Source: a virus | Taxonomy: Duplodnaviria; Caudoviricetes | Direction: 5' to 3' (one strand) | Virus record (IMG/VR): IMGVR_UViG_3300040736_000022 | Location: 1 to 34,987 of that record | DNA: 34,987 bases | Shown: positions 7,230-15,917 of the stretch, in pieces | How the letters are laid out: the number at the start of each line of letters is the position of its first letter | Numbering within the stretch: the stretch's first letter is position 1 | Translations under genes and position numbers: made by a program | Notes under the pieces: generated by a model | What the model was told of the DNA's origin: nothing | What the model saw: only the letters and a program-made list of their open reading frames with translations | Databases searched by the model: none

Positions 7230-7278
7230 ACCGGCGTTCACACGGATATGCCTAAACAGCGACCATGTGAACGCCGGT
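7230..7278. repeat. 13-bp inverted repeat just downstream of the tRNA fragment
   Basis: ACCGGCGTTCACA ... TGTGAACGCCGGT. Confidence 0.7.
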
Positions 7279-7429
7279 AACCCGAAAAACAACCGCCGAC
7301 CTCATAGATTTTTCACCACAGACCGCACGGATTATTGGCCAGCAACAGAGGGAATTACTGGTTTTTCGTTATCCGCCGCCGTAAATTGTATTATCGTCAC
7401 CACTATTTCAGGAACCGGAGTACACACGG

Positions 7430-8359
7430 ATGAAACGTTCAGTCGCGTTATCTCAAATTATCGAGGGCTATCTCATGCATGCCAGCGCCCGCCATCTCAG
7501 CGAAAATACCATCATAGACTATTCGAATACGTATCGAAAATTACAGCAGTTTTTCAAATCGGATCCTGATTTCGCCAGCATCACCCACCTCCAGATTGAG
7601 CAATTCCTATCCAACCAGAACGGGATTTCGAACAAGACGCTGCTCAACTATCATACCGGCCTCTCCGCGCTTTGGACCTGGGCGGTCGCTGAGGGCCTGG
7701 CGCCTGAGCATATACTCCGTCGGGTGATCAAGCCCAAACCGGAGCAGCGCGATATCATCCCGTTCACCGAGCAGGATATCCACGCCATAATCGGCGCGAT
7801 CGTCAAATCCAGACCCTACACCCGCCCAGGCAAGCGGGAGTCTGTCCATTCCCTGCCCCATCCCGAGCGCACCCATGCCATGCTCCTGCTGCTCATCGAT
7901 ACAGGCATCCGCGTCAGCGAGCTCTGCAATCTGACCATTCGCGACTGCGACATTAAAAATCAGCGCATTGTGGTCATGGGCAAGGGCGCTAAAGAGAGGC
8001 AGATACCAATCTCCGCCCGCACCGCTCAGGTCATCTGGAGATACCTGACCACCCGGCCCAGCGCCCGCCTGGACGAGCCCCTTCTCACGACGGACCACGG
8101 CCGCCAGCTCGAGCGTTATAACGTGCTCCACATCCTCGAGCGCATAGGCCAGCGCTCCGGCGTGACCAATTGCCATCCTCATCGATTCCGCCATACATTT
8201 TCAATTCTTTACCTTCGTAATGGTGGAGATGCGTTCACATTGCAGAGGATCCTCGGACACTCCACTCTCACGATGGTCAACCGCTATCTCCACATCGCCC
8301 AGACCGATTTAGCCCAGGCCCACCGAAAGGCATCTCCGGTGGATAATCTCAGATTGTGA
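7430..8359 (+). CDS. int: Tyrosine integrase/recombinase next to attP
   Basis: DTGIRVSEL, GKGAKER, HPHRFRHTF, LGHSTLTMVNRY motifs. Confidence 0.93.
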   Translation: MKRSVALSQIIEGYLMHASARHLSENTIIDYSNTYRKLQQFFKSDPDFASITHLQIEQFLSNQNGISNKTLLNYHTGLSALWTWAVAEGLAPEHILRRVIKPKPEQRDIIPFTEQDIHAIIGAIVKSRPYTRPGKRESVHSLPHPERTHAMLLLLIDTGIRVSELCNLTIRDCDIKNQRIVVMGKGAKERQIPISARTAQVIWRYLTTRPSARLDEPLLTTDHGRQLERYNVLHILERIGQRSGVTNCHPHRFRHTFSILYLRNGGDAFTLQRILGHSTLTMVNRYLHIAQTDLAQAHRKASPVDNLRL

Positions 8360-8362
8360 TTT

Positions 8363-8397
8363 CCCCTCTCCTCTTAGGGGAGGGGCCAGGGGAGGGG
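8363..8397. repeat. REP-like GC-rich palindrome between int and the GT gene
   Basis: CCCCTCTCCT-CTT-AGGGGAGGGG followed by CCAGGGGAGGGG. Confidence 0.5.
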
Positions 8398-8400
8398 TCA

Positions 8401-9267
8401 ATGCTCCGGTCATCTCTACAAACGATTCGCTGGTCATTCATCGCCAGAATCGCTCTACAGGTAGCGCTCCTCTCACTCGGCCTTATTCTGGTCATAACGC
8501 TATTCATTCCATCATTGATTCGTCTGTCTGAATTCGGCGCTGATTGGGTAAAAATATTTCGGCCCGCCGTTCTCAGCCGCGACCCGTATTCCAATCCTAA
8601 TTTTTATAATCCACCCTGGGTAATAATCCTCCTCGCGCCTATCGCTCTGCTGCCATCAGGATGGGATATGGCAGCGATGATCCTGATATCCATCGTTGCC
8701 TGGATCATCGCCATGCGCCGGCTCGGCGCATCTCTAATCGTGATCCTGTTAATGTTCATGACCCCGCAATTATGGTGGAGCATCGTTTATGGCAACCTGG
8801 ATTTTTTAGTTGTCCTCGGAATAATCCTTCCGTCACCTCTCGGGCTGTTCTTCGTGTTATCCAAGCCGCAGGCCGGCGCCGGGATCGCCATCTACTGGCT
8901 GATCCTGGCTCACCGTCAGGGCGGGTGGCGCAATCTGCTGCTAACCATCTCCCCTATTATTACCGTCTCACTCCTGTTTTGCATCCCGTTTGGCCCCTGG
9001 CCAATGGAGCTGTTCGATGCGGTGACAAATGCAGCATCGAACATTTCGATTTTTCCGTATCTCGCCGGCGCTGGTCTGATCCTGCTGATCCGATCGATCA
9101 AAAACAGGCAGCCTGGGCTGGCGATCATCTCCGGTCCGTTGATATCCCCATATATCGGTATTCAATCAATTTCAGTCGCGGTCCTTGGCCTGCTGCCCTC
9201 CCAAACGGACGCTATCCTGGTAATCCTCTCGCTCTGGGCCGCCTGGCTGATGAGAGGGATATTGTAA
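8401..9267 (+). CDS. Polytopic membrane protein, GT-C fold / GT87 (DUF2029)-like glycosyltransferase
   Basis: DPYSNPNFYNPPW..LLAP, GNLD and SKPQ motifs plus many TM helices; exact start uncertain. Confidence 0.7.
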   Translation: MLRSSLQTIRWSFIARIALQVALLSLGLILVITLFIPSLIRLSEFGADWVKIFRPAVLSRDPYSNPNFYNPPWVIILLAPIALLPSGWDMAAMILISIVAWIIAMRRLGASLIVILLMFMTPQLWWSIVYGNLDFLVVLGIILPSPLGLFFVLSKPQAGAGIAIYWLILAHRQGGWRNLLLTISPIITVSLLFCIPFGPWPMELFDAVTNAASNISIFPYLAGAGLILLIRSIKNRQPGLAIISGPLISPYIGIQSISVAVLGLLPSQTDAILVILSLWAAWLMRGIL

Positions 9268-9323
9268 TCTCTATCAAAGTCCATATTTTGCAATCAACTT
9301 GTTGAGGAATGTCTTCAATCGAA

Positions 9324-9851
9324 TCATTTGTAAACCACCTGGTTTTTCCGACAGTCGATTTTCAAAACGCTTCCATAAAACATAACGGGCAATGAATAGC
9401 CACCATAGTTGGAGTTGTCATAATAAACGCCCGGTCCGATGTATAAATATGAGCCTGCATAACTGCCGCTATTTTTATCGTGCCATGTAGTTGCCCCCTC
9501 GTTACGGTAAAGCTGCAAGTAATATTGCTGTTGTGCGAAAAAAATCAAATGTCCTTCGTCTGGATACCAGGTAATTGTTCCTGTTCCTCCAACAGACACT
9601 GTTCCAATATCCATCACTGAGGTTGTTGAATTAATGGCGTCCACAAATCTCATCAAATATGTCCCGGCATTACGTACATCCCAGGTAATTTTATAGACCA
9701 GAATATTTACCAGCGGTCGTACGCCGCCCGTCAACCGCTGAAATGATCCAGACGTGCCGCGGTTTTGATTTTGACCATCGCTTATTTCTACTCCGAATGC
9801 AAGTCCAAGTTCCAGTTTAGAGATTGGTCCAAGTGTTCGCCTATTCCTCAT
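9324..9851 (-). CDS. Tail-tip/receptor-binding-associated beta-rich protein
   Basis: Last gene of the tail operon, rich in G/S/T/Y, more AT-rich DNA. Confidence 0.6.
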   Translation of the reverse strand: MRNRRTLGPISKLELGLAFGVEISDGQNQNRGTSGSFQRLTGGVRPLVNILVYKITWDVRNAGTYLMRFVDAINSTTSVMDIGTVSVGGTGTITWYPDEGHLIFFAQQQYYLQLYRNEGATTWHDKNSGSYAGSYLYIGPGVYYDNSNYGGYSLPVMFYGSVLKIDCRKNQVVYK

Positions 9852-10195
9852 GCCGTTATCCTGTTCACATAACCATGAAGCATCACAACGTTTGCCGTGC
9901 CTGCGAAAGCTTTTACGACCAGCGAATTGGTCAGCAGCAGTCCTGGAACAACCAAGAACAAGCCGCTTTCGCCAGGGATCGTCACCTCAATATTTCCATC
10001 CGGCGCGGCTGCTTCGCCCCATTCGATGGTTAATTTAACAGCCGCTACCTGGCTGTTCACGGCATAGAGCCAGATTTCGTCCAGATCGGTTGCGTGCGCA
10101 GTGTGGATCGTGTCCCCAGCCGTCGCGGTCTGCGCGATTTTGATCGCTTTCCCGTCTGTAGAGCCGGATAATTTGATTTTTGTAAATGTCGCCAT
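9848..10195 (-). CDS. Small virion tail-associated protein
   Basis: MATFTKIKLSGSTDGK...HGYVNRI; GGAGG RBS. Confidence 0.7.
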   Translation of the reverse strand: MATFTKIKLSGSTDGKAIKIAQTATAGDTIHTAHATDLDEIWLYAVNSQVAAVKLTIEWGEAAAPDGNIEVTIPGESGLFLVVPGLLLTNSLVVKAFAGTANVVMLHGYVNRITA

Positions 10196-10203
10196 ATTGC
10201 CTC

Positions 10204-10998
10204 CTAACTGAACACCTGTACCATGAGCACGTCGGTTTCGCCGCTGCCCCCCGCCGGTACAACTCCGCCATCTTTCAGCGTCTTGTTGTCCGTGCCATCC
10301 CACACCGCGAGGTGTCCATCTGTGGAAGTGGCTGGACCCAGCACGTCGCCGCCGCCTGCGAGCGTAGCAAATTCAAGCCCGTCCTCCGTGGATTTCACCT
10401 TCGGGAATTTGCCCGCCTGACCCGTGTAGCTCGCCGGTACGTCCGTCAGATCGGTAAAGGCAGAAGCGCCCCCGCCTCCGCCCTCTCCCGGCACGATCTT
10501 ATCCTCGTACTCGTCATAGACCAGCGCGTCACCATCGGCTATCCCCGTTAGATCGACCCCAATCCCAGCGACCTTACCCGCGTCGTGATCCAGATCGGTG
10601 ATGTCCGTTTCGGTGTGGGTGTGCGAAAGCGCGGCGTAAATCCCATCAAAATAGGATTTCAGCGTTGCCTTGATGTTTGACCAACTCAACCGCTTTTTTG
10701 CATTACCCGCCTCGCTGTCCTCGATAACGGTTACATCCGCGTCAGCTGGCGTGGTTTTCTCCTCAATTGCCGCGATTTCCCCCGCGACATTATCGTGGAT
10801 CGCGTTAGCGTCGGTGTGATCCAGGTCGGTAATATCCGCCTCAATATGAGTATGCGTCCCCGGAGCAACCTGTCCCGCGTCCGTCCCGATGGTGTGATGG
10901 ATGCCGTCAGCCGCGTCGACGTCATTGGCGTGTTTTTCGGGATAGTCCGCCGCGTCCCAGGCGGATCGATCCCCATGTAGCGGTATCCCCTTAGGCAT
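10204..10998 (-). CDS. Tail fibre-like protein
   Basis: HTHxExDITDLDH repeated twice, GGGGASAFTDLTDVPASY motif. Confidence 0.75.
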   Translation of the reverse strand: MPKGIPLHGDRSAWDAADYPEKHANDVDAADGIHHTIGTDAGQVAPGTHTHIEADITDLDHTDANAIHDNVAGEIAAIEEKTTPADADVTVIEDSEAGNAKKRLSWSNIKATLKSYFDGIYAALSHTHTETDITDLDHDAGKVAGIGVDLTGIADGDALVYDEYEDKIVPGEGGGGGASAFTDLTDVPASYTGQAGKFPKVKSTEDGLEFATLAGGGDVLGPATSTDGHLAVWDGTDNKTLKDGGVVPAGGSGETDVLMVQVFS

Positions 10999-11326
10999 AC
11001 GTGACTCCTTCCACGACCAGCCCGGGCGGCTCTTCCATAGCCGCCCCATGCACAGTCAGCCCTGTCAGTTCTTCGAAAGTCGCGTCATAGACATGGATAA
11101 AACCTTGCTCGAATCGATAGCCGATCTCAACCATCTGTTGATAGATACCTACATATTTATGGAGATTGCTATATCCTGCCTCGACTATATTTTGATAAAC
11201 ATCGATTGGCCGTGGCTTAATGAGGCGGCCTACCTCAACCACTTCTTGATATAGGCTCAATTCCTGTTGGGGATGGTAATAGCCCACTTCTACGATTTCT
11301 TGATCGACCTCGATGTGCGCCGCCAT
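10991..11326 (-). CDS. Minor tail protein with internal repeats
   Basis: Four repeats of (Y/D)QxxVExG; coupled to neighbours. Confidence 0.7.
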   Translation of the reverse strand: MAAHIEVDQEIVEVGYYHPQQELSLYQEVVEVGRLIKPRPIDVYQNIVEAGYSNLHKYVGIYQQMVEIGYRFEQGFIHVYDATFEELTGLTVHGAAMEEPPGLVVEGVTYA

Positions 11327-12642
11327 TATTCGATCTCCAACTCCACGCCAGCTTCCAAGTCGTCTAGGGCCTCATCCGTCCAGGCCGAAACGCCGTCCGG
11401 TTGCGTGGTATTAACCTGATAAATGTGGCACGCGGATGTTAGCGGATATTTTGTCTCGCTTACCCGTTCGTGCGCCCCGACCCGATCAATAAATTTAACG
11501 GCCTGCGTGTCTGCTGTTCCTTTTATGCAGTACAGCCAGTGTGTAGTCATAATCGGCTGCTTATTAGTGGCATCCCAATTGGACAGGCCGCAGATGTCCT
11601 GATCTCCATCCGTGGCGGAACGCAAATAATCTGCTGTGCTTGCTGGTCGCTCATCGATCTCCGTATAATGCGGTGAATTGGACGGCTCATTAGCTCCCAA
11701 AGATTCATCTGCAACCGTGTCGTTATATGTCGTGGTGGTATTGTCTCCGATTGTATCTACTAATTTAAATACCGCCCCACCCGCCGCCGTCCGATAAATT
11801 TTCCTTGCGGTCGTTCCATCTTCCCCGACCGGAATATTGCTTAAATCCACGCTCTGATTGGACGGCTGCACAAGCGCCGACGCAGTGCCGGCCAGCGTTT
11901 CCCCGTCCGCATCTACAAATGTGATTTTATAGCGATAATCACCTGTTAGTCCTGGAGCATCCCCAGCAGCAACGGTTGGCGTGGCGGGTGGATTCTGTAA
12001 AGACAACCCTGTTTTGTACCAGTCCTGTTCAGCGGAATCGCTGATGGGTAACAACGCATCGAACCTCACGTCTCCAGACCAGCCTCCTGTGCCAACCACG
12101 AAATCATCAAAATAATGCAAAAGAGAGCCACTAGCGAAATAAAACTGCACCCGATTAATGCCCGATGTTCCCGCGTCAAACTTTGTGTCCATGCTAAGGT
12201 TGATGCTGTCATTCCCATCCAATCGCATCTTAACAAAACCGCTGTCGGAGATCGAAATCCATGCCTGAATGTTGTGATAAGCCGCGAGGTTCGCGGTTTG
12301 CAAGCCGCTTGCTTTCAGTACGCCGTCAATATACAGGTCGTAGGTGGTTGATCCATTGTTTCGGAATGCAAAGGTGTGATTATCTTCCGTATAGCATCTT
12401 AATTCCCAATAGCCGGCATTAAAACTTGATTTCTTCATCCACAAGCCCAATGCGAAATCAGAGAGTCCGGATTCTAGAGTATATTGAAAATATTGTGCGC
12501 CCAATGGAGTATTAACGCCAAGCGCATACGTCCCAGTATGCGCATTTCCAGATGAGACAGATCCACTTGAAACAAATCTGCCCGAATAGGTCGGAACGTT
12601 TCCGTATTCAAACCCCGTCCCAAATACTGGTGTAAATGCCAT
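11326..12642 (-). CDS. Minor tail protein, lectin-like beta-sandwich plus FN3-like domain
   Basis: Beta-rich N terminus; YRYKITFVD...RKIYRT...TTTTYND FN3-like segment. Confidence 0.7.
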   Translation of the reverse strand: MAFTPVFGTGFEYGNVPTYSGRFVSSGSVSSGNAHTGTYALGVNTPLGAQYFQYTLESGLSDFALGLWMKKSSFNAGYWELRCYTEDNHTFAFRNNGSTTYDLYIDGVLKASGLQTANLAAYHNIQAWISISDSGFVKMRLDGNDSINLSMDTKFDAGTSGINRVQFYFASGSLLHYFDDFVVGTGGWSGDVRFDALLPISDSAEQDWYKTGLSLQNPPATPTVAAGDAPGLTGDYRYKITFVDADGETLAGTASALVQPSNQSVDLSNIPVGEDGTTARKIYRTAAGGAVFKLVDTIGDNTTTTYNDTVADESLGANEPSNSPHYTEIDERPASTADYLRSATDGDQDICGLSNWDATNKQPIMTTHWLYCIKGTADTQAVKFIDRVGAHERVSETKYPLTSACHIYQVNTTQPDGVSAWTDEALDDLEAGVELEIE

Positions 12643-12650
12643 CGATCACC

Positions 12651-13313
12651 TCACTCGTTGAATGGGTCGTCCGCGGACGATCCTAAAGCCGCGCCGCCCT
12701 CGATCCGCAGTGTCCCGGCGCATTCCGGATCACGATATCCGGCATAACCGCCGTTCGTGCCGTCCAAATAACAGTTGTGGCAGACCAGGTTGCCCGATGA
12801 GCCTACATGCACGGCGTGTACCCCGCCCGCCCCGCTGTTGACCGGAGCGATCCGGCAGCTGAATAGGTGCGCCTCGCCGTCGCCAGGCCCTAGCACGCCG
12901 ATAATCGCATCCTCGCTGTTACCGCTGACGATAGATTGCAAATTCCATACGCGGGTATTGGCGGATAGGGTTAGCGTTCCGCCGACTATCAGACCAGCCG
13001 GGAATCGATACTCGCAGCCCGCCAGGGCATGCTCCGCCTGGATCACCGCGTTGCCAGGAATTTCAATGCGGTCGCTGGCGGATATAACTGCCGCCCCAGC
13101 TGCCGTCAGCCCCGTGTCTGTCGGCGCGTACTCCGCCACCGGGTCGCCGTTGGATTTGTTTAATAGGATCGTGTCCCCGCCGAGCCCGATATTGCTGCCG
13201 GATATATCGACCCCGGGCCCTTCGCCGGCGGAGATCACCGCCTGCGATATGGCCACCATCAGCGGGCGCAGCCGTTTTGCCAGCGTGGTTAGCAAATTAT
13301 CGATACTAGCCAT
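12651..13313 (-). CDS. Minor tail protein (possible beta-helix C terminus)
   Basis: Gly/Ala/Ser-rich; position after the tail hub gene. Confidence 0.65.
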   Translation of the reverse strand: MASIDNLLTTLAKRLRPLMVAISQAVISAGEGPGVDISGSNIGLGGDTILLNKSNGDPVAEYAPTDTGLTAAGAAVISASDRIEIPGNAVIQAEHALAGCEYRFPAGLIVGGTLTLSANTRVWNLQSIVSGNSEDAIIGVLGPGDGEAHLFSCRIAPVNSGAGGVHAVHVGSSGNLVCHNCYLDGTNGGYAGYRDPECAGTLRIEGGAALGSSADDPFNE

Positions 13314-14367
13314 CCCTGGGTACTCCGATATCCCACGGGCTGTCCAGCCCGCGCCACTCAAACGTCAAATCATCCGTTTCCGGCGTATACTCTGCGGATT
13401 CAATAAACACCAGCGTCGGGTCCGCCATTTTCGTGGTATCCAGGCTGCCCGGGATCACGTCCTTCAGCCGGGCATATACCCCGACCGGGCAAATCTCCTT
13501 ACGGATCGGCGTGTCCAGCTCATCGCTCAACTCGCGTTTTTTGGTGATGTAGTATGGTTTTGATTCATCCGGCTCCTCGTAGATCCGCAGCCGCCGGTTG
13601 ATATCCACCGTCGCCAGCATCCGCCGATAATTCGAGGTTCCCATTTTCAGCAGTTCCTCGATCTCGTACAACGCCAGCCCGTCACCGTCCCGAAACTCGC
13701 TGATCTCCAGCCCGCTGGACACCCCCTGATCCACCGCGCTCAAAAATTGCCCGGCAGTGGTGGCAATGGCTGCCGCCTGCGTCGCTGTATCGATTGGATC
13801 GCCCCCCACATTCTGATAATACAGCCACCCGAGCGTGTCGTACCAGCCGCGGCAGCGCAGGACCACCCCCGCGTCACCGCCCTCCGCATGGATCGGACGC
13901 GGGAATTTTTTCTCGGCCAGCACTCTCGCCCTGGCCGCCTCGGCATGCGCCTGAGCCGATCCCGAGTTCGTGAGCAACAGCTCTTTTTTGCCGTATTCAG
14001 TCGCGGAAACAGCGTCCTCCAGCCAATCAGTTGTTTTTCTGCCCTCCTCATCTGTATAGGCGACTGCCACTCGGTTATACATCGAATCGATATTCACCCC
14101 CAGCGACCAGCCCTCGATAATCAGTTCAACCTCGGCTATGTACCCCCACCAAACCGGATCACCTTTTTCCGAGTAGATGATCAGCGGGCAGCGCAGCCGC
14201 TCGATCATCTCCCACAGGTCTTTTTCATCCTCTGCCGTGACGGAGATCTCCGCCTGTCTCGGCCCGCCGAACACCGACCAGCTGTAGCGCTCGACCGTGT
14301 ATCTAACCGGCAACGTTTGCAGCTCGTCCGAAAATGCCCGGCTCTGGATATGGACCATCATGCTCAT
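13306..14367 (-). CDS. Tail hub/Tal-like minor tail protein
   Basis: Second gene after the tape measure; size and WWGYI / SATEYGKKE patterns. Confidence 0.65.
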   Translation of the reverse strand: MSMMVHIQSRAFSDELQTLPVRYTVERYSWSVFGGPRQAEISVTAEDEKDLWEMIERLRCPLIIYSEKGDPVWWGYIAEVELIIEGWSLGVNIDSMYNRVAVAYTDEEGRKTTDWLEDAVSATEYGKKELLLTNSGSAQAHAEAARARVLAEKKFPRPIHAEGGDAGVVLRCRGWYDTLGWLYYQNVGGDPIDTATQAAAIATTAGQFLSAVDQGVSSGLEISEFRDGDGLALYEIEELLKMGTSNYRRMLATVDINRRLRIYEEPDESKPYYITKKRELSDELDTPIRKEICPVGVYARLKDVIPGSLDTTKMADPTLVFIESAEYTPETDDLTFEWRGLDSPWDIGVPRDG

Positions 14368-15917
14368 ACGGTCATCCTCCGCGGGCGGTAATAAACTTTC
14401 ACGCTCAGCGTGCGATTGATCGGTGCCTTTTGGGTGCTATGCTCCATATGCTGATGTAGAAAATATAATCTCTGTACTTTGCCCGGATGCAGCAAAATAG
14501 ATTCTCCAAATCCTATGTATTGTCCCAGTTTTCCCTCTGATGTCCATCCGTCTGAATACAGATAACCATCGATTCCATCATCCACCAACCGCACCCCAAA
14601 ATCTAGACCATAGCACTTTGGATGCAATTTTCGCCAACCGTCCAGCGGCGTCAGTTGCAAATAATCCAGCCCACATGAATGTGCCTCGGCTGTATCGATT
14701 TTAGCTGAGAGCACCAGATTCAGCGGATAGAGATTTCCCGCGCCGAGTAGGTACGGCGGCAGGCGCAGGCTGACGAGTTCTTGTATTTGGCCCGTTCCGG
14801 ACAATACCAGCGGGCCTTCCCATAATGGGGTTGCCGACATCTTCACTGTAACCCTCAAACACAATCCAGTCGGCGCCGCAACTGGATATCGACTAATAAT
14901 CCGGATATAACGACCTGATAGTTTTGTCAGTAATGGCGTGGACAATTCCCAGGTTAGCAAGGCCGTTTCAGCTGCGCCTTCCCAGTCGCATTTTTTATAC
15001 TGGTTGCCTGATGCAGTGTAGAGATTTGTAGTATTTCCGCCGCTGGCGTTCTCCGCCTCGAGGATATGCTCATAATTTTCGGGGTCGCTCTCCACATTTT
15101 GCCCGATCCAGATAGTGTAGGCTCGAAAAGCCGAAAAGAAATTATTGGTGATCTCCAGCCTGGCCGCGCCCGGCAGGTCCCCCTCCACGTCTCCCTCTGC
15201 GATCGCCACAAAATTGCAGACCGGCCCGCTGATGCCGATATCAGCGCCCGCCGATTCGTCCTGGATCGCCTCAGCCACCACGAAATAACCGGAATGCCCG
15301 CCGTCTGTGATGGTATAGGCGCCATCATTCGATGTAGATCCCTCGACGGTGACCGCCATCCCGGTCAGAAAATCCGCCAGCCCGTTTGCCGAATCGGAAA
15401 TTTTATGAGCGACGCTGTCGAATGAGATCGTTTTCCCCTGGCAGTGCAGCCGCGGGTTATATACCGTCAGCCCGCTGGTATTGCTCGTTCCTAGCGGATT
15501 TGATACCGCCAGCTGCGCCTCCGGACCCTCCCAGTACGGTACCCGCTCGATGATCAGGCTGGCCAGCGCCTTATACTCCCGCCAGCGCCGGGTCAGTCCC
15601 GAATCCAGGTGCAGCTCGCCGTCCGTGATCCGCGAGCGCCAGGCGTCCAGCGATTCATTTATCGCGAAATTGAGATAGACGCCATCCGGCCCGGTTTTGT
15701 GACGCCGCGCCCACTCGAACGCCCGGTTGATCGCCCTGATTTTCTCGGCCAGATCGTCATGCGAGCTGCCTCTGATCAGGATATCCACCTGATCCGACGT
15801 CGGCTCTGTCAGGCTCGCCGGCGTGTCCGGATAGAACCCGTCCCGAACTGCATAGGAGATCCGGTCGTGCAAATCGATCGTTGTGCTGCCGTAGGTGATC
15901 GTCAGTCGTAAACTCAT
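14364..15917 (-). CDS. Distal tail (Dit)-like protein with inserted domains
   Basis: First gene after the tape measure; PYWEG motif and C-terminal YYRPR. Confidence 0.65.
   Translation of the reverse strand: MSLRLTITYGSTTIDLHDRISYAVRDGFYPDTPASLTEPTSDQVDILIRGSSHDDLAEKIRAINRAFEWARRHKTGPDGVYLNFAINESLDAWRSRITDGELHLDSGLTRRWREYKALASLIIERVPYWEGPEAQLAVSNPLGTSNTSGLTVYNPRLHCQGKTISFDSVAHKISDSANGLADFLTGMAVTVEGSTSNDGAYTITDGGHSGYFVVAEAIQDESAGADIGISGPVCNFVAIAEGDVEGDLPGAARLEITNNFFSAFRAYTIWIGQNVESDPENYEHILEAENASGGNTTNLYTASGNQYKKCDWEGAAETALLTWELSTPLLTKLSGRYIRIISRYPVAAPTGLCLRVTVKMSATPLWEGPLVLSGTGQIQELVSLRLPPYLLGAGNLYPLNLVLSAKIDTAEAHSCGLDYLQLTPLDGWRKLHPKCYGLDFGVRLVDDGIDGYLYSDGWTSEGKLGQYIGFGESILLHPGKVQRLYFLHQHMEHSTQKAPINRTLSVKVYYRPRRMTV

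Noticed and set aside
8356-8400. N-terminal extension MISPLLLGEGPGEGS of the GT-C gene
   Set aside because: It is the translation of a REP-like palindrome; ATG 8401 is preferred, though coupling to the int stop cannot be excluded
9324-15917. Diversity-generating retroelement or invertible tail-fibre shufflon
   Set aside because: No reverse transcriptase, no TR/VR pair, no inverted gene cassettes or repeated crossover sites seen by eye
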